From IMG/VR virus record IMGVR_UViG_3300010885_070871, positions 16,923 to 80,922 of that record: DNA of 64,000 bases. One strand, written 5' to 3'. Below, piece after piece: positions 8,418 through 18,412 of the stretch; position 1 is the stretch's first letter, and every line of letters begins with the position of its first letter. A program made the position numbers and the translations under genes. The stretch comes from a virus. The notes beneath the pieces were generated by a model. The model saw nothing but the letters and a program-made list of their open reading frames with translations. It searched no databases and had not been told where the DNA came from.

Positions 8418-8968
8418 AAAAAATATTAGATTTTAACCAGTTTTCTTTATCAGAAAGCAGCGCAGCAGGCAACAGGGAACAAACACACCATATTCCTTTT
8501 TCTTACACATCTCATGATCCTAAAGAGGGATATAGCAGTAAAAGTTTTATATCAGATTTAAAAGCTATATTTATAGATAAACCAGAAATTAAAAAAGAAA
8601 TAATAGAATTTTTATCATCTAAAGTTGGGATAACAAGAATAGACGATTTAGAAAAAAGACCTATATCTTTTATAGCAAAATTAATTCCAGAGATAGAAAG
8701 AATAATAGATGCAGGTGAATACGAGCCAGAGGTAACGATGCCAGGTGGTGCACTATTATTTATTAGAAACAAAAAATTCAGTGATGGTACAGGAGCTGAT
8801 TTTTATATTAATAAAAAAGGAACTAAAATAGAGGTTGTGACGGAAGACAATTTAGGAAAAGAAAAAGTAATGTCTTTTGAAATTGATAGTTTTCCTTTTG
8901 ATAGATTTGAATTTAAAGAGGAAGAAAAAGAAGAATTAAATGCTCTTAGAAAAGCAAAAGGAGTTTAA
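8414..8968 (+). CDS. Hypothetical protein, probable internal head protein
   Basis: MKKILDFNQFSLSES N-terminus. Confidence 0.7.
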   Translation: MKKILDFNQFSLSESSAAGNREQTHHIPFSYTSHDPKEGYSSKSFISDLKAIFIDKPEIKKEIIEFLSSKVGITRIDDLEKRPISFIAKLIPEIERIIDAGEYEPEVTMPGGALLFIRNKKFSDGTGADFYINKKGTKIEVVTEDNLGKEKVMSFEIDSFPFDRFEFKEEEKEELNALRKAKGV

Positions 8969-9681
8969 TCCCCTCTGAAATTATTAATTATCATCTCAAT
9001 AGATTTTTCTTTAGATATTTCTGTTCCTGTTTCCATATCAACTTTATTAGATATGCTAGATATTATTATACAGTCATGTTTACCAGAATAATCTTTTATA
9101 TTAGTTTTTAAAAATCCTTTTATCTCTTTAATTTCTTTTGTAGTTTCACATAACGGATCTAGAAGCTCGGTCATAAGTAATGCAACACTTTCCTTTCCTG
9201 ATATCTTTACAATAGAAAATCCCCAGGAAAAAACTCTCATGTATTTTTCGGTATCCTTCCTAATAATTATAAATCCTTCATCCCATAAATTATACCTGTT
9301 GCAATAGCTTTCAAGTTTGACCATAGAATTATAAAGAGCTTCAGTTTCTTTATTTTCTTGTAGAAATTTCTCAATTACTTTTATAGAATTTTTAACTATA
9401 CTATCAATTTCCCCTATATCATCTAAATTTTTATCTAATAGATTATAAAAATTATTTTTTTCATCTTCTGTCATTGATATCAGGGTTCTTTGAGTTAGCT
9501 CTGAGCTATTATCAAAATTAACAAGATCCTTCTGCATATTCAAAAGACTGGAGAAATTTTTAACAAAATTAGTCTTACCCATACTTTTCTTTGTTTTAAC
9601 AAGAAAATCCATAAGGATATAGTATTTGTGTTCAGTGTCTAGCGGAGCTTCTAAAAACCAGTATGGCTTTAGTTTTTTCAT
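8965..9681 (-). CDS. Hypothetical protein (start probably MKKLKPYWF)
   Basis: ORF 8965..9690 with ATG at 9681; WFLEAPLDTEHKYYILMDFL N-terminus. Confidence 0.7.
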   Translation of the reverse strand: MKKLKPYWFLEAPLDTEHKYYILMDFLVKTKKSMGKTNFVKNFSSLLNMQKDLVNFDNSSELTQRTLISMTEDEKNNFYNLLDKNLDDIGEIDSIVKNSIKVIEKFLQENKETEALYNSMVKLESYCNRYNLWDEGFIIIRKDTEKYMRVFSWGFSIVKISGKESVALLMTELLDPLCETTKEIKEIKGFLKTNIKDYSGKHDCIIISSISNKVDMETGTEISKEKSIEMIINNFRGD

Positions 9682-9767
9682 AAAATTCAAAAAAATGTCT
9701 TATATTATATATAGATGAATCAAAAAAATTACCATTAAAAAAAAATTTAATAAATTAATTAAAACGT

Positions 9768-9793
9768 GAAACTTATTTTCCAAAAAGGTCTAA
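9768..9793 (+). promoter_or_regulatory. Putative class-2 promoter GAAACTT...GTCTAA upstream of the glycan island
   Basis: GAAACTT at 9768 and GTCTAA at 9788; same spacing as other copies. Confidence 0.4.
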
Positions 9794-9844
9794 AAAATTT
9801 ACCTAGTAAATCCCGGGCCATGAATCATAAAATATAGTATCTCT

Positions 9845-10468
9845 ATGAGCCCCCAATTTTTAGTTATAGCATATTACACCAAAAACACAAGCTACCAAAA
9901 CTTAGCTAACAGTTTAAAACAATCTTTAGACAGATTCACAATCCCCAATTTTATAAAACCAATAGAAGATCTAGGCTCATGGGAAAAGAACACACATCAT
10001 AAAGCATATTTCATTAAAGAGTGTCTGGAGACAAAACAAGAAAACCTACTTTATGTTGACGTAGATGCTGTTTTTAGAAGGTACCCAGATCTTATACCAA
10101 ATCTTGATTGTGATATAGCATACAGAACTGAAAACTTTAGATGGAGAGCAGATGAAGCTTTGTCGGGAACCATATTCTTAAAAAATAACGATAATATTAA
10201 AAAGATGGTTAATCGTTGGATCGAGCTAAACCAAGCTACTCCTGCTGAAAGAATGAAACCAGAAACTTGGGAACAGAAAAATATGCAAAGGGCACAGAGA
10301 GAATTTCAGGATTTGACTTATTATAACTTTCCTCCTGAATATACTTTTATTACAGACCACACTAGAAGGATGTATCCTAATATAAGTCCTGTTGTTGAAC
10401 ATTTCCAAGAATCAAGAAATGTTCATAAATCCCCGAATCAAAATCCAGGTTTTAGGCTAAGAAGATAG
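9845..10468 (+). CDS. Putative GT-A fold nucleotide-diphospho-sugar transferase
   Basis: KAYFI...LLYVDVDA DxD motif, LSGTIFL, EQ, VVEHFQES. Confidence 0.7.
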   Translation: MSPQFLVIAYYTKNTSYQNLANSLKQSLDRFTIPNFIKPIEDLGSWEKNTHHKAYFIKECLETKQENLLYVDVDAVFRRYPDLIPNLDCDIAYRTENFRWRADEALSGTIFLKNNDNIKKMVNRWIELNQATPAERMKPETWEQKNMQRAQREFQDLTYYNFPPEYTFITDHTRRMYPNISPVVEHFQESRNVHKSPNQNPGFRLRR

Positions 10469-10469
10469 T

Positions 10470-11207
10470 ATGATTTTAAAACATGCTGTTCTAAGCTCAA
10501 ACTCGAACCCAGAATATCTTGATTTTTGGCCTTATGTTGCTAAGGCATGGAGAGATGTTATAGGATTAAATCCTGTACTTCTTTATATTGATAGTTCAGA
10601 ACCCCCTGAGTGGGTATATGAACATGGTATTGTTTTTCATCTAGAATCTATAAATGAATGGTCAATTGCTCAACAAGCACAATCAATAAGATTCTGGGGA
10701 GCACGTATATTGAAGGAACCTTTTATAATCTCAGATATGGATATGTTACCTATATCTAGAGATTATTATGAGAATGGGGTTAAAGATATAGGAGAAAGAG
10801 GTATAGTTTCTTATAGCTCTGATATTATCAAATACCGATGGTATAGAACTAATCCACAATATCCTATGTGCTATCTTGCAGGTGATCCTAAATCGTTTGT
10901 AGATCTTCTAGATCTGAATGATCTTGACCATAAATCTTTTTTGAGAAGACTTATGAGAATGAATATAAGATTTGGAACAGACCAAAAGTTTTTTTATAAT
11001 CAATCACTAATTAAGAAGAATGTGACTATAAAACATTTAGAAAGAGGTTGGATAGAAGAAAAATATGCTACACGAAGATTGGATAAAGCAATCTGGCCAA
11101 AAACGGACTATTTAGCACAAGAATATATAGACTGCCATTTACCTAGACCTTATAATAGTAATAAAGGAATTTGTGATAATCTTTTTGATAAACTTAATTT
11201 AAAATGA
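10470..11207 (+). CDS. Putative glycosyltransferase-like protein
   Basis: YLDFWP...ISDMDMLP DxD, GTDQ; glycan island context. Confidence 0.55.
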   Translation: MILKHAVLSSNSNPEYLDFWPYVAKAWRDVIGLNPVLLYIDSSEPPEWVYEHGIVFHLESINEWSIAQQAQSIRFWGARILKEPFIISDMDMLPISRDYYENGVKDIGERGIVSYSSDIIKYRWYRTNPQYPMCYLAGDPKSFVDLLDLNDLDHKSFLRRLMRMNIRFGTDQKFFYNQSLIKKNVTIKHLERGWIEEKYATRRLDKAIWPKTDYLAQEYIDCHLPRPYNSNKGICDNLFDKLNLK

Positions 11208-11842
11208 ATAACCCACTTTTTATATCATACTACACAAAAAACGACTACTATCAAGAATGTTCTAGAAATTTAAAATCAATGTGTGATTCTCTAGGTATTG
11301 AGATAGAAATAGCAGAAGTTCGTGATTTGGGTTCATATTGGAAAAATACATTATATAAACCAACCTATATTTTAAATAAAATAAAGGAGAAAAAAGTAGA
11401 TTTGATATGGATAGATGTAGATACCAAAATAAAAAAATATCCAGATTGCTTTAAAAAATGGAATACAGATCTTCTTTTTTCTAGTCATACTGGAGATCTT
11501 CAAGGTATAAAAGCTTCACCTATAGGTTTTAAGTATAATGATAGATGTATAAATTTTCTAGAAGAATGGTCCAAAAAATGTAATGAAAAAATAGAAAAAA
11601 ATGACATAGACATGGATCACGATGTTTTAAAGTATGAAATAATTTCTGATTTTTGTGGTAAGATATCTTTAGATGTTATGAAAGACGGATTTAACTTTAA
11701 AGATTTTAGTGATGGAGAAGTAATAGACAATGGTATATCTAGAGGAATATCTAAACATCAAGAGGTAAAAATAGTTATGAATAAAAACAGAAAAAGATCG
11801 TATGATTTTGATAAAACATCTATACAAAAATTTATTATCTAA
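11204..11842 (+). CDS. Putative GT-A glycosyltransferase (paralog of 9845)
   Basis: SYYT..., YKPTYI, LIWIDVD, DHD. Confidence 0.65.
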   Translation: MNNPLFISYYTKNDYYQECSRNLKSMCDSLGIEIEIAEVRDLGSYWKNTLYKPTYILNKIKEKKVDLIWIDVDTKIKKYPDCFKKWNTDLLFSSHTGDLQGIKASPIGFKYNDRCINFLEEWSKKCNEKIEKNDIDMDHDVLKYEIISDFCGKISLDVMKDGFNFKDFSDGEVIDNGISRGISKHQEVKIVMNKNRKRSYDFDKTSIQKFII

Positions 11843-11843
11843 T

Positions 11844-12698
11844 ATGAGAAAGATTGTAAGAAGATTTCTTTTTAGCGATGAAAGAAACAATAAAATAACA
11901 AAAGGAAGTAATTCTAAAAATATAAACGATACAAAATCAGAAGAGGAAAGAAAAATAAAAGAAGAGGAAGAAATAAAAAAAATAGAAGATATGTTATTTA
12001 ATACATTACCAAATTCTAAAAATAGAGAATTAGTAACAAAATGGGAAAGATTAACTGGAAAAGAAACAATATTTGTTTGTTTTATATCAGATCCTCCAGA
12101 AAGTAATTTCTATACAACTAGAATATTGTCTTTGATTGATAAAATCAATTCTTTAGGATATGATTATATTATACACAATTATAAGTCAGATAGAAATTAT
12201 TTTCAGAACTGCTGTTATAAACCCGTTTTTATAAATGATATTCTTAAAGCTAATGAAAAAAATTTAGTTTGGATAGATGGTGACACAAATTTAAAAAACG
12301 ATATAGGAGATTTTATTGATACTGAAAAAGATTTTGATATAGGACTAGTTACATATAATGGGGATATAAACGGATTTATTGCTTCTCCTTTATTTATAAG
12401 AAACACCACTACAGGAAATCAATTAATAGAATCCTGGATGGATCACTGTACAAGCATGGTAGAATCTGGAAATTGTGAACTGGACCACGATGCTCTAAAG
12501 CATGTAACAATTCCTAAATTTAGAAACAGTTTAAAAATAAAATTAAACTGGAATAACACAAACGATCTTCATAAAGGAATGATATTAGAAAATGTAAATT
12601 CTGATGTTCCCTATAAAAGGGAGATATTAAGAAAAATGACTTTTGTTAATCAAAATAGACCGTTTAATTTTAAAAACAACGATTTTATAATAGTATAG
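11844..12698 (+). CDS. Putative GT-A glycosyltransferase (start probably MRKIVRR)
   Basis: YKPVFI, LVWIDGD, IASPL, LDHD; similar to 11204. Confidence 0.65.
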   Translation: MRKIVRRFLFSDERNNKITKGSNSKNINDTKSEEERKIKEEEEIKKIEDMLFNTLPNSKNRELVTKWERLTGKETIFVCFISDPPESNFYTTRILSLIDKINSLGYDYIIHNYKSDRNYFQNCCYKPVFINDILKANEKNLVWIDGDTNLKNDIGDFIDTEKDFDIGLVTYNGDINGFIASPLFIRNTTTGNQLIESWMDHCTSMVESGNCELDHDALKHVTIPKFRNSLKIKLNWNNTNDLHKGMILENVNSDVPYKREILRKMTFVNQNRPFNFKNNDFIIV

Positions 12699-12699
12699 T

Positions 12700-13542
12700 A
12701 TGAATAAATTAAAAGCATCATGGGCACCGTTCCCTCAAGAATATTCTTCTTGTTCAAGTTTAAAACCTAAAAATTTCGAATGGTCAAAAACAGATGGTAT
12801 TGCTAATGTGTACATTGATAATAATATACTGAACCATAGAGGTCCAGCACACAGAAACTTTGGATGGTTTTGTGAATCCTCTGAGATTATTCCTGATCTT
12901 AAAAAGCATCTTCTAAATAATCTAGGAACACTAAGAGTTCATTTTCAAAATATATTTACTTGTGATTCTGAAATAATAAACAGAGATCCCTCGTTCTTTT
13001 TATTTAATCCACCAGGATCAAATCTACCATGGACAAATCCTAATTCTTTTGGAATACATCAAAAAAGTAAATTAGTCTCTATGGTTTGTAGTTCTAAAGA
13101 TATGACAACAGGACATAAATTAAGATTAAGTGTTGCTTCAAAAATAAAAGATAAAGTTGATCTTTTTGGAGGAGCACACGGAAGTCCTAAATCTGGAAGT
13201 GGAATAGGTCCATCAGGTGATTGGTGGAGATCTAGAGATGAATCATTAGCTCCTTATATGTTTTCTGTTGTATTTGAAAATTCATCTTATGACAACTATT
13301 ACACTGAAAAAATAACAGATTGTTTTGCCAATGGAACTATTCCTATCTATTGGGGAGATTCTAAAATATGCGAAACATTTGATTGTAACGGAATAATAAA
13401 ATGGAATGAAAATTTTGATTTTAATTCATTAACCGAAGAATTATATAAAAGTAAATTAGATTCTATTACAAAAAACTTCGAAATTGTAAAAAAATTAGAT
13501 TCATCAGACGATCTACTATTTAATAAAATAAAAAACAGATGA
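12700..13542 (+). CDS. GT10 family alpha-1,3/4-fucosyltransferase-like protein
   Basis: YMFSVVFENS..DNYYTEKITDCF..GTIPIYWG signature. Confidence 0.8.
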   Translation: MNKLKASWAPFPQEYSSCSSLKPKNFEWSKTDGIANVYIDNNILNHRGPAHRNFGWFCESSEIIPDLKKHLLNNLGTLRVHFQNIFTCDSEIINRDPSFFLFNPPGSNLPWTNPNSFGIHQKSKLVSMVCSSKDMTTGHKLRLSVASKIKDKVDLFGGAHGSPKSGSGIGPSGDWWRSRDESLAPYMFSVVFENSSYDNYYTEKITDCFANGTIPIYWGDSKICETFDCNGIIKWNENFDFNSLTEELYKSKLDSITKNFEIVKKLDSSDDLLFNKIKNR

Positions 13543-14261
13543 ATAAAATAAACTTGATTGCTGCTTCTAGAGAAAGATCTATAAGAATGAGTGAAGTTAT
13601 TCTTAAATGGTATCATAGTGCATCCAACCCAGAGAATATAGAGTTTATTATTTCTATTGATACTACAGATCATATGGTGGAAAGATACAAAAGAAATTTT
13701 AGAAATCTAGAACTTCAATATGGTGTAAAAATAAAATTAGTTATAAACGATAACAAGAACACTGTACAAGCAATAAACGCAGCTAAACCTCATATAAATG
13801 GTGATATTATTTTTATAATATCTGATGATACTGATTGTTTTCAAGGATGGGATAAAGCAATATTGGATGTAGTAAAAGATAAAAATGATTACTATATAAT
13901 TAAAACTAACGATGGAATAGGAAAAGATTTAATTACTATGCCTATATTCTCTAGAAAATATTTAGATTCTAAGGATTACATATATTATCCTAAATATGAG
14001 CATATGTTTTGTGATACTGAATTGACATGCGTTGCACATTTAGAAGGATGTATAATAGATGCTAGTAATATAACTTTTAAACATTTACATTACACTCAGG
14101 GATATCACGAAAAGGATCATAATGATGTAAAAAACCAGTTTACTTTTTATACAGGTATGGAAATATTTAAAGAAAGATTAGGCTTAAATTTTGAAATTCC
14201 AAAAGAAAAACAAAAAGGGGAAATCCCAAAAAATATAATAGAATATATAAACAACAACTAA
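13539..14261 (+). CDS. GT2-like glycosyltransferase
   Basis: IISIDTTD, AINAA, IISDD, MFCDTE, HLH. Confidence 0.7.
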   Translation: MNKINLIAASRERSIRMSEVILKWYHSASNPENIEFIISIDTTDHMVERYKRNFRNLELQYGVKIKLVINDNKNTVQAINAAKPHINGDIIFIISDDTDCFQGWDKAILDVVKDKNDYYIIKTNDGIGKDLITMPIFSRKYLDSKDYIYYPKYEHMFCDTELTCVAHLEGCIIDASNITFKHLHYTQGYHEKDHNDVKNQFTFYTGMEIFKERLGLNFEIPKEKQKGEIPKNIIEYINNN

Positions 14262-14274
14262 AAAAATAAAAAAA

Positions 14275-14850
14275 ATGCAAAATTCATCAGGAGCTTTCAA
14301 TGAAGATCATTTTATGTCTAAAAAATTTTTAGATATAAAAAACAAATACACTTTAGATACTGTAATAGAAACAGGTACCTATCACGGAGTAACCACAGAA
14401 TGGTTTGCTCATAATTTTGATAAGGTATACACAGTTGAGTGTAGTCAACCTTATTATGAAGAGGCTCAAAAAAGAATAGGTTCTTATTCTAATGTACATA
14501 GCTATTTAAAAGACAGCCCAGTTTTTCTAAAAGAAATATTAAGCACTATTCAGGATAATAAAACAATTATTTTTTTAGATGCACATTGGTACACTAATCC
14601 TGTTTTAAATGAGCTAGATGCTATAAAAGAATCTGGTAAAAAACCAATAATAGCAATTCATGATTTTATGGTACCAGATCATCCAGAATTCGGATACGAC
14701 ATTTATCCTGACCAAAATATAGTTTATAATTGGGAATGGATTCAAGGCAAAATAGAATCTATATACGGAAAAAGTGGATATACTAAAGAATATAATAACG
14801 AAGCAACAGGAGCTATGAGAGGTTGTATATTCTTATTTCCAAATAAATAA
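14275..14850 (+). CDS. Class I SAM-dependent methyltransferase-like protein
   Basis: VIETGTYHG, VYTVE, IIFLDAH, IAIHD. Confidence 0.65.
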   Translation: MQNSSGAFNEDHFMSKKFLDIKNKYTLDTVIETGTYHGVTTEWFAHNFDKVYTVECSQPYYEEAQKRIGSYSNVHSYLKDSPVFLKEILSTIQDNKTIIFLDAHWYTNPVLNELDAIKESGKKPIIAIHDFMVPDHPEFGYDIYPDQNIVYNWEWIQGKIESIYGKSGYTKEYNNEATGAMRGCIFLFPNK

Positions 14851-14871
14851 ATAATAAATAATAAATAAAAT

Positions 14872-15558
14872 ATGAGCACAAACAATACACTAAGAAGCAT
14901 AGGATCAAAATACGGAACTGATAAAGTATCCCACGGATTTTGCGAAGTATACGAAGAAAAATTTAATAATATTAGAGAATCTTCAAAAAATATTTTAGAA
15001 ATAGGGGTTTTCTTTGGAGCTAGTATTTTAATGTGGAGAGACTATTTTTCTAATTCTACGATTCATGGATTTGATACCTTTGAAGGACTACAAGGAAATG
15101 GTCACAGATTTCAAAATTCAGACAAATTTCTTAATGAATGGAAAAATGATGTAAATCTACAAAACAGAATTGAACTTTATAAGTACGATCAAGGGAAAGA
15201 AAGCGATCTTATTTCATTTATATCAGATATTAAAAAGAAAAACATATCATTTGATGTAATAATTGAAGACGGTTCACATCTAATGGTAGATCAACAATTA
15301 GATCTAAAATATCTATTTTCTACAGTCAAATCTGGAGGATATTATGTTATTGAGGATATACACAGTTCATTGGGTGCTTATGATGTGATGAGTGATTTTT
15401 CAAATACTACACTAACAATGATTAATAGATATAAAGAAAAAAAAGAATTACATTCTATTTATGTAGATTTAAGTGACATTAAACCTTTAATTAAAAATAT
15501 GGAATTATTCACAGTAGAATCTACTGGAAGTATGACATGTATAATAGAAAAAATATAA
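14872..15558 (+). CDS. Class I SAM-dependent (sugar O-)methyltransferase
   Basis: YGTDK..H, ILEIGVFFGAS, FDVIIEDGSH, GGYYVIED. Confidence 0.75.
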   Translation: MSTNNTLRSIGSKYGTDKVSHGFCEVYEEKFNNIRESSKNILEIGVFFGASILMWRDYFSNSTIHGFDTFEGLQGNGHRFQNSDKFLNEWKNDVNLQNRIELYKYDQGKESDLISFISDIKKKNISFDVIIEDGSHLMVDQQLDLKYLFSTVKSGGYYVIEDIHSSLGAYDVMSDFSNTTLTMINRYKEKKELHSIYVDLSDIKPLIKNMELFTVESTGSMTCIIEKI

Positions 15559-16244
15559 TGGAAAAAAAATGTATAATAAATTTTTCCGATAATGCTAGAT
15601 ATATTCTGGGACAAAATAGATTATTAGAATCCTTAAAAAATACTGGCTATACTGGGGATGTCTTTGTAGAAAATAATGAAAAAAATATACATTTTAAATC
15701 GCACAAAGAAATAAATTATGGATTTAAAGCGGGAATGATTAATAAGGTAAAAAACCTAGGATATCGATATGTATTATGGATAGATTCTTCAGTATATGCT
15801 GGGAAAGACGTGTCACCAATATTTGATTACATTGAAAAAAATGGATATTTCGTTTTACAATATGATGAGGGTGTATCTACATCTGGAGAATGGTGTTGTG
15901 ATACTGCACTAGTACCTTTACAAATAACAAGAGAAGAATCTTTTGAAATCCCTCACGCATATGCAACAGTTTTCGGATTAGATTTAAAAAAACACTCTGG
16001 ATTTTTTGATGAATATTTAAGACTTGCAGAGGAAGGAACTGCATTTAATGGTGATTGGTATAACCGAGAAAATCAATGTTCTTTTGATCCTAGAGTAAAG
16101 GGACATAGACACGATCAGACGGTTATGTCTGTACTTATGTGGAAAATGGGAATGAGAAACTGGATAACAAAAAATACAGTAAAGGATTTTACCAATTTTT
16201 ATAATTATAAAGAATCCAAAGAATCCATATTAATATATGGATAA
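15558..16244 (+). CDS. Putative glycosyltransferase-like protein (start MEKKCIINF)
   Basis: YGFKA, VLWIDSS, HRHDQ; TAATG overlap with the previous gene. Confidence 0.6.
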   Translation: MEKKCIINFSDNARYILGQNRLLESLKNTGYTGDVFVENNEKNIHFKSHKEINYGFKAGMINKVKNLGYRYVLWIDSSVYAGKDVSPIFDYIEKNGYFVLQYDEGVSTSGEWCCDTALVPLQITREESFEIPHAYATVFGLDLKKHSGFFDEYLRLAEEGTAFNGDWYNRENQCSFDPRVKGHRHDQTVMSVLMWKMGMRNWITKNTVKDFTNFYNYKESKESILIYG

Positions 16245-16259
16245 AAATAAAATGATAAA

Positions 16260-16946
16260 ATGATAAATTTAAACGATTACAGAAGACAAGTTTATAGTCA
16301 AACTGGGGAAGATGGAATAATCGAAAAAATATTTCAAACTCTAGATATAAAAAATGGGTGGTATTGCGAATTTGGTGCAGGAGACGGTAATTGGATTTCT
16401 AACACTAAAAAACTTAGAGAGGAAGGATGGAAAGGAGTTTTAATTGAAGGTGACGAACCTTCTTTTAATAATCTAAAATCAAATTTCGGAGATAATCCAA
16501 ATGTTAGCGTAATAAATTCTTATGTTAGCTGTGAAGAAAAAGAATCTTTAGATTATCTTCTCAGTAAAACTAAAATTCCAGTTGATTTTGATATTCTTTC
16601 TATTGATGTGGATGGAAATGATCTATGGATATGGAAATCCTTAATTAAATATTCTCCTAAAATTGTAGTCACTGAGTATAATGCTTCATATGATTCTCAT
16701 ATAAGTTTAACTATCGAATATAACAGGGATCATAGATTTAATTCGGACAATTATTATGGAGCAACTCCTGGTGCTTTTAATAAGCTTGCTGAGGAAAAAG
16801 GTTATGTTTTAGTTGGATTTACCCCCAGCTTGAACTTATTTTATTGTAAAAAAGAATTTGCTAGTCATTTTAGAGAATTAGAAATAAACGAAGTTAGCAG
16901 TGGTGTGGGATGGCCAAGAAGCTCTAAATCCATGGTATCGTATTAA
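16260..16946 (+). CDS. FkbM-family methyltransferase-like protein
   Basis: YSQTGEDGII, CEFGAGDG..SNT, GWKGVLIEG, LSIDVDGND, EYN. Confidence 0.75.
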   Translation: MINLNDYRRQVYSQTGEDGIIEKIFQTLDIKNGWYCEFGAGDGNWISNTKKLREEGWKGVLIEGDEPSFNNLKSNFGDNPNVSVINSYVSCEEKESLDYLLSKTKIPVDFDILSIDVDGNDLWIWKSLIKYSPKIVVTEYNASYDSHISLTIEYNRDHRFNSDNYYGATPGAFNKLAEEKGYVLVGFTPSLNLFYCKKEFASHFRELEINEVSSGVGWPRSSKSMVSY

Positions 16947-16966
16947 AAAATATAACTTATAAAATT

Positions 16967-17653
16967 ATGAGTAAAAGATGTGTTTTAAATTTTTCAAATG
17001 GCAGATATATTCGGGGACAAGAAAGACTTGTTTCTTCTTTGAAAAATGTTGGATATAAGGACGGGATTTTGGTAGATACAAAAGAATCTGATATACCTTT
17101 TAAAACACACGATGAAGTAAATTATGGATTCAAAGCCGGGATGATAAACAAAGCTTTAAAATTGGGTTATGAATCAGTATTATGGATAGATTCTTCAGTA
17201 TACGTTGGTAAAGATGTATCGCCAATATTTGATTATATAGAAAAAAATGGATATTTTGTTTTTCAGTACGGCAAGAATCACGGTGTAAATTCGGGTGAAT
17301 GGTGTGCTGATGTAGCACTTGAACCATTAGGTATAACTCGAGAAGAATCATATCAAATTCCCCATGCATACGCAACTCTTTTTGGTATAAATCTTAAGAA
17401 GCATCCTGATTTTTTTAAAGAATATTTAAGACTTGCAGAAGATGGTAAAGCGTTTACTGCTCCTTGGCATAATTCAAATTATGAAGCATCGGTAGAAAAA
17501 AATGTACACGGTCACAGACATGATCAGACTGTTATGTCAGTTTTAATGTGGAAAATGGGTATGAGAAACTGGATAGGTGAAGAAGAAAGATATGAATGGT
17601 ATAGGAATTATTTAGATCCAGGAAATGCCATTTTGTTACAACATCCAATATAA
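16967..17653 (+). CDS. Putative glycosyltransferase-like protein, close paralog of 15558
   Basis: Shared blocks NYGFKAGMINK, VLWIDSSVY, GHRHDQTVMSVLMWKMGMRNWI. Confidence 0.6.
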   Translation: MSKRCVLNFSNGRYIRGQERLVSSLKNVGYKDGILVDTKESDIPFKTHDEVNYGFKAGMINKALKLGYESVLWIDSSVYVGKDVSPIFDYIEKNGYFVFQYGKNHGVNSGEWCADVALEPLGITREESYQIPHAYATLFGINLKKHPDFFKEYLRLAEDGKAFTAPWHNSNYEASVEKNVHGHRHDQTVMSVLMWKMGMRNWIGEEERYEWYRNYLDPGNAILLQHPI

Positions 17654-18412
17654 GTGAACAGCGAAAAATATAATATAGGAGATATTGTTTCTGTTCCTAA
17701 TAGGAGCAAAAACTTTTCTGTTCATAATCATGAGGACCAAAAAATAACTAAAGATGTTTTATCGTTATTTAATACTTTTTTAGAATATAATATTAAGAAA
17801 TGTAGTTTTTTAATAGTAGAATATTCAAAACGGTATCCATATCTTTTAAACCTTGATATTAAAATTTTTTTATATTTATGTTATTTAGATAATTATAAAA
17901 AATACAAAGATTTTTTTAGATTATTATATAAAAAATATCCTTCAAAAGAAAGTGCTTGTATACTCCAGTTAATTTCGCATAGAATATATGAAACTGAGGG
18001 ATATAATAGATATTTAGAAAAAGATTTAATTAATAGTATTTCTTTTTTTGAAGAAAGCCAGTGGCATAAATGGAGAATAAGTGGAAAATTTTTTCTTGGT
18101 TTATATTCTAATAAGGAAGATGTTATCTTTGATAATTTTATACAATGTTTAGATATTGATAAGATGGCAATTGATATGGATTGCTATCAGGATAAACTTG
18201 TTTATATAGTAACATGGTTAAGATGTAAATATCCAAAAGAATCTGAACCCTATGTAAAAAAATTGTACGATAAAATAGAAAAATTTGGATTAGATTATAG
18301 CAATGCAATGGATTGTGCTATTAAATTTCATAATCCTAAGCTATTGGAAAAATACCTTTATGGATTCAAAACTAGTGCTTTGTGGGGATATATTAATGAA
18401 TTAAAAAAAAAT
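17654..18412 (+). CDS. Unknown helical domain, in frame with the downstream GDP-fucose synthase (fusion or separate gene)
   Basis: GTG start; 253 codons with no recognisable motif; joined to fcl across an A9 run. Confidence 0.45.

Noticed and set aside
14842-14871. AATAAAT-like micro-repeat between methyltransferase genes
   Set aside because: Low-complexity A-rich leader, expected at this AT content
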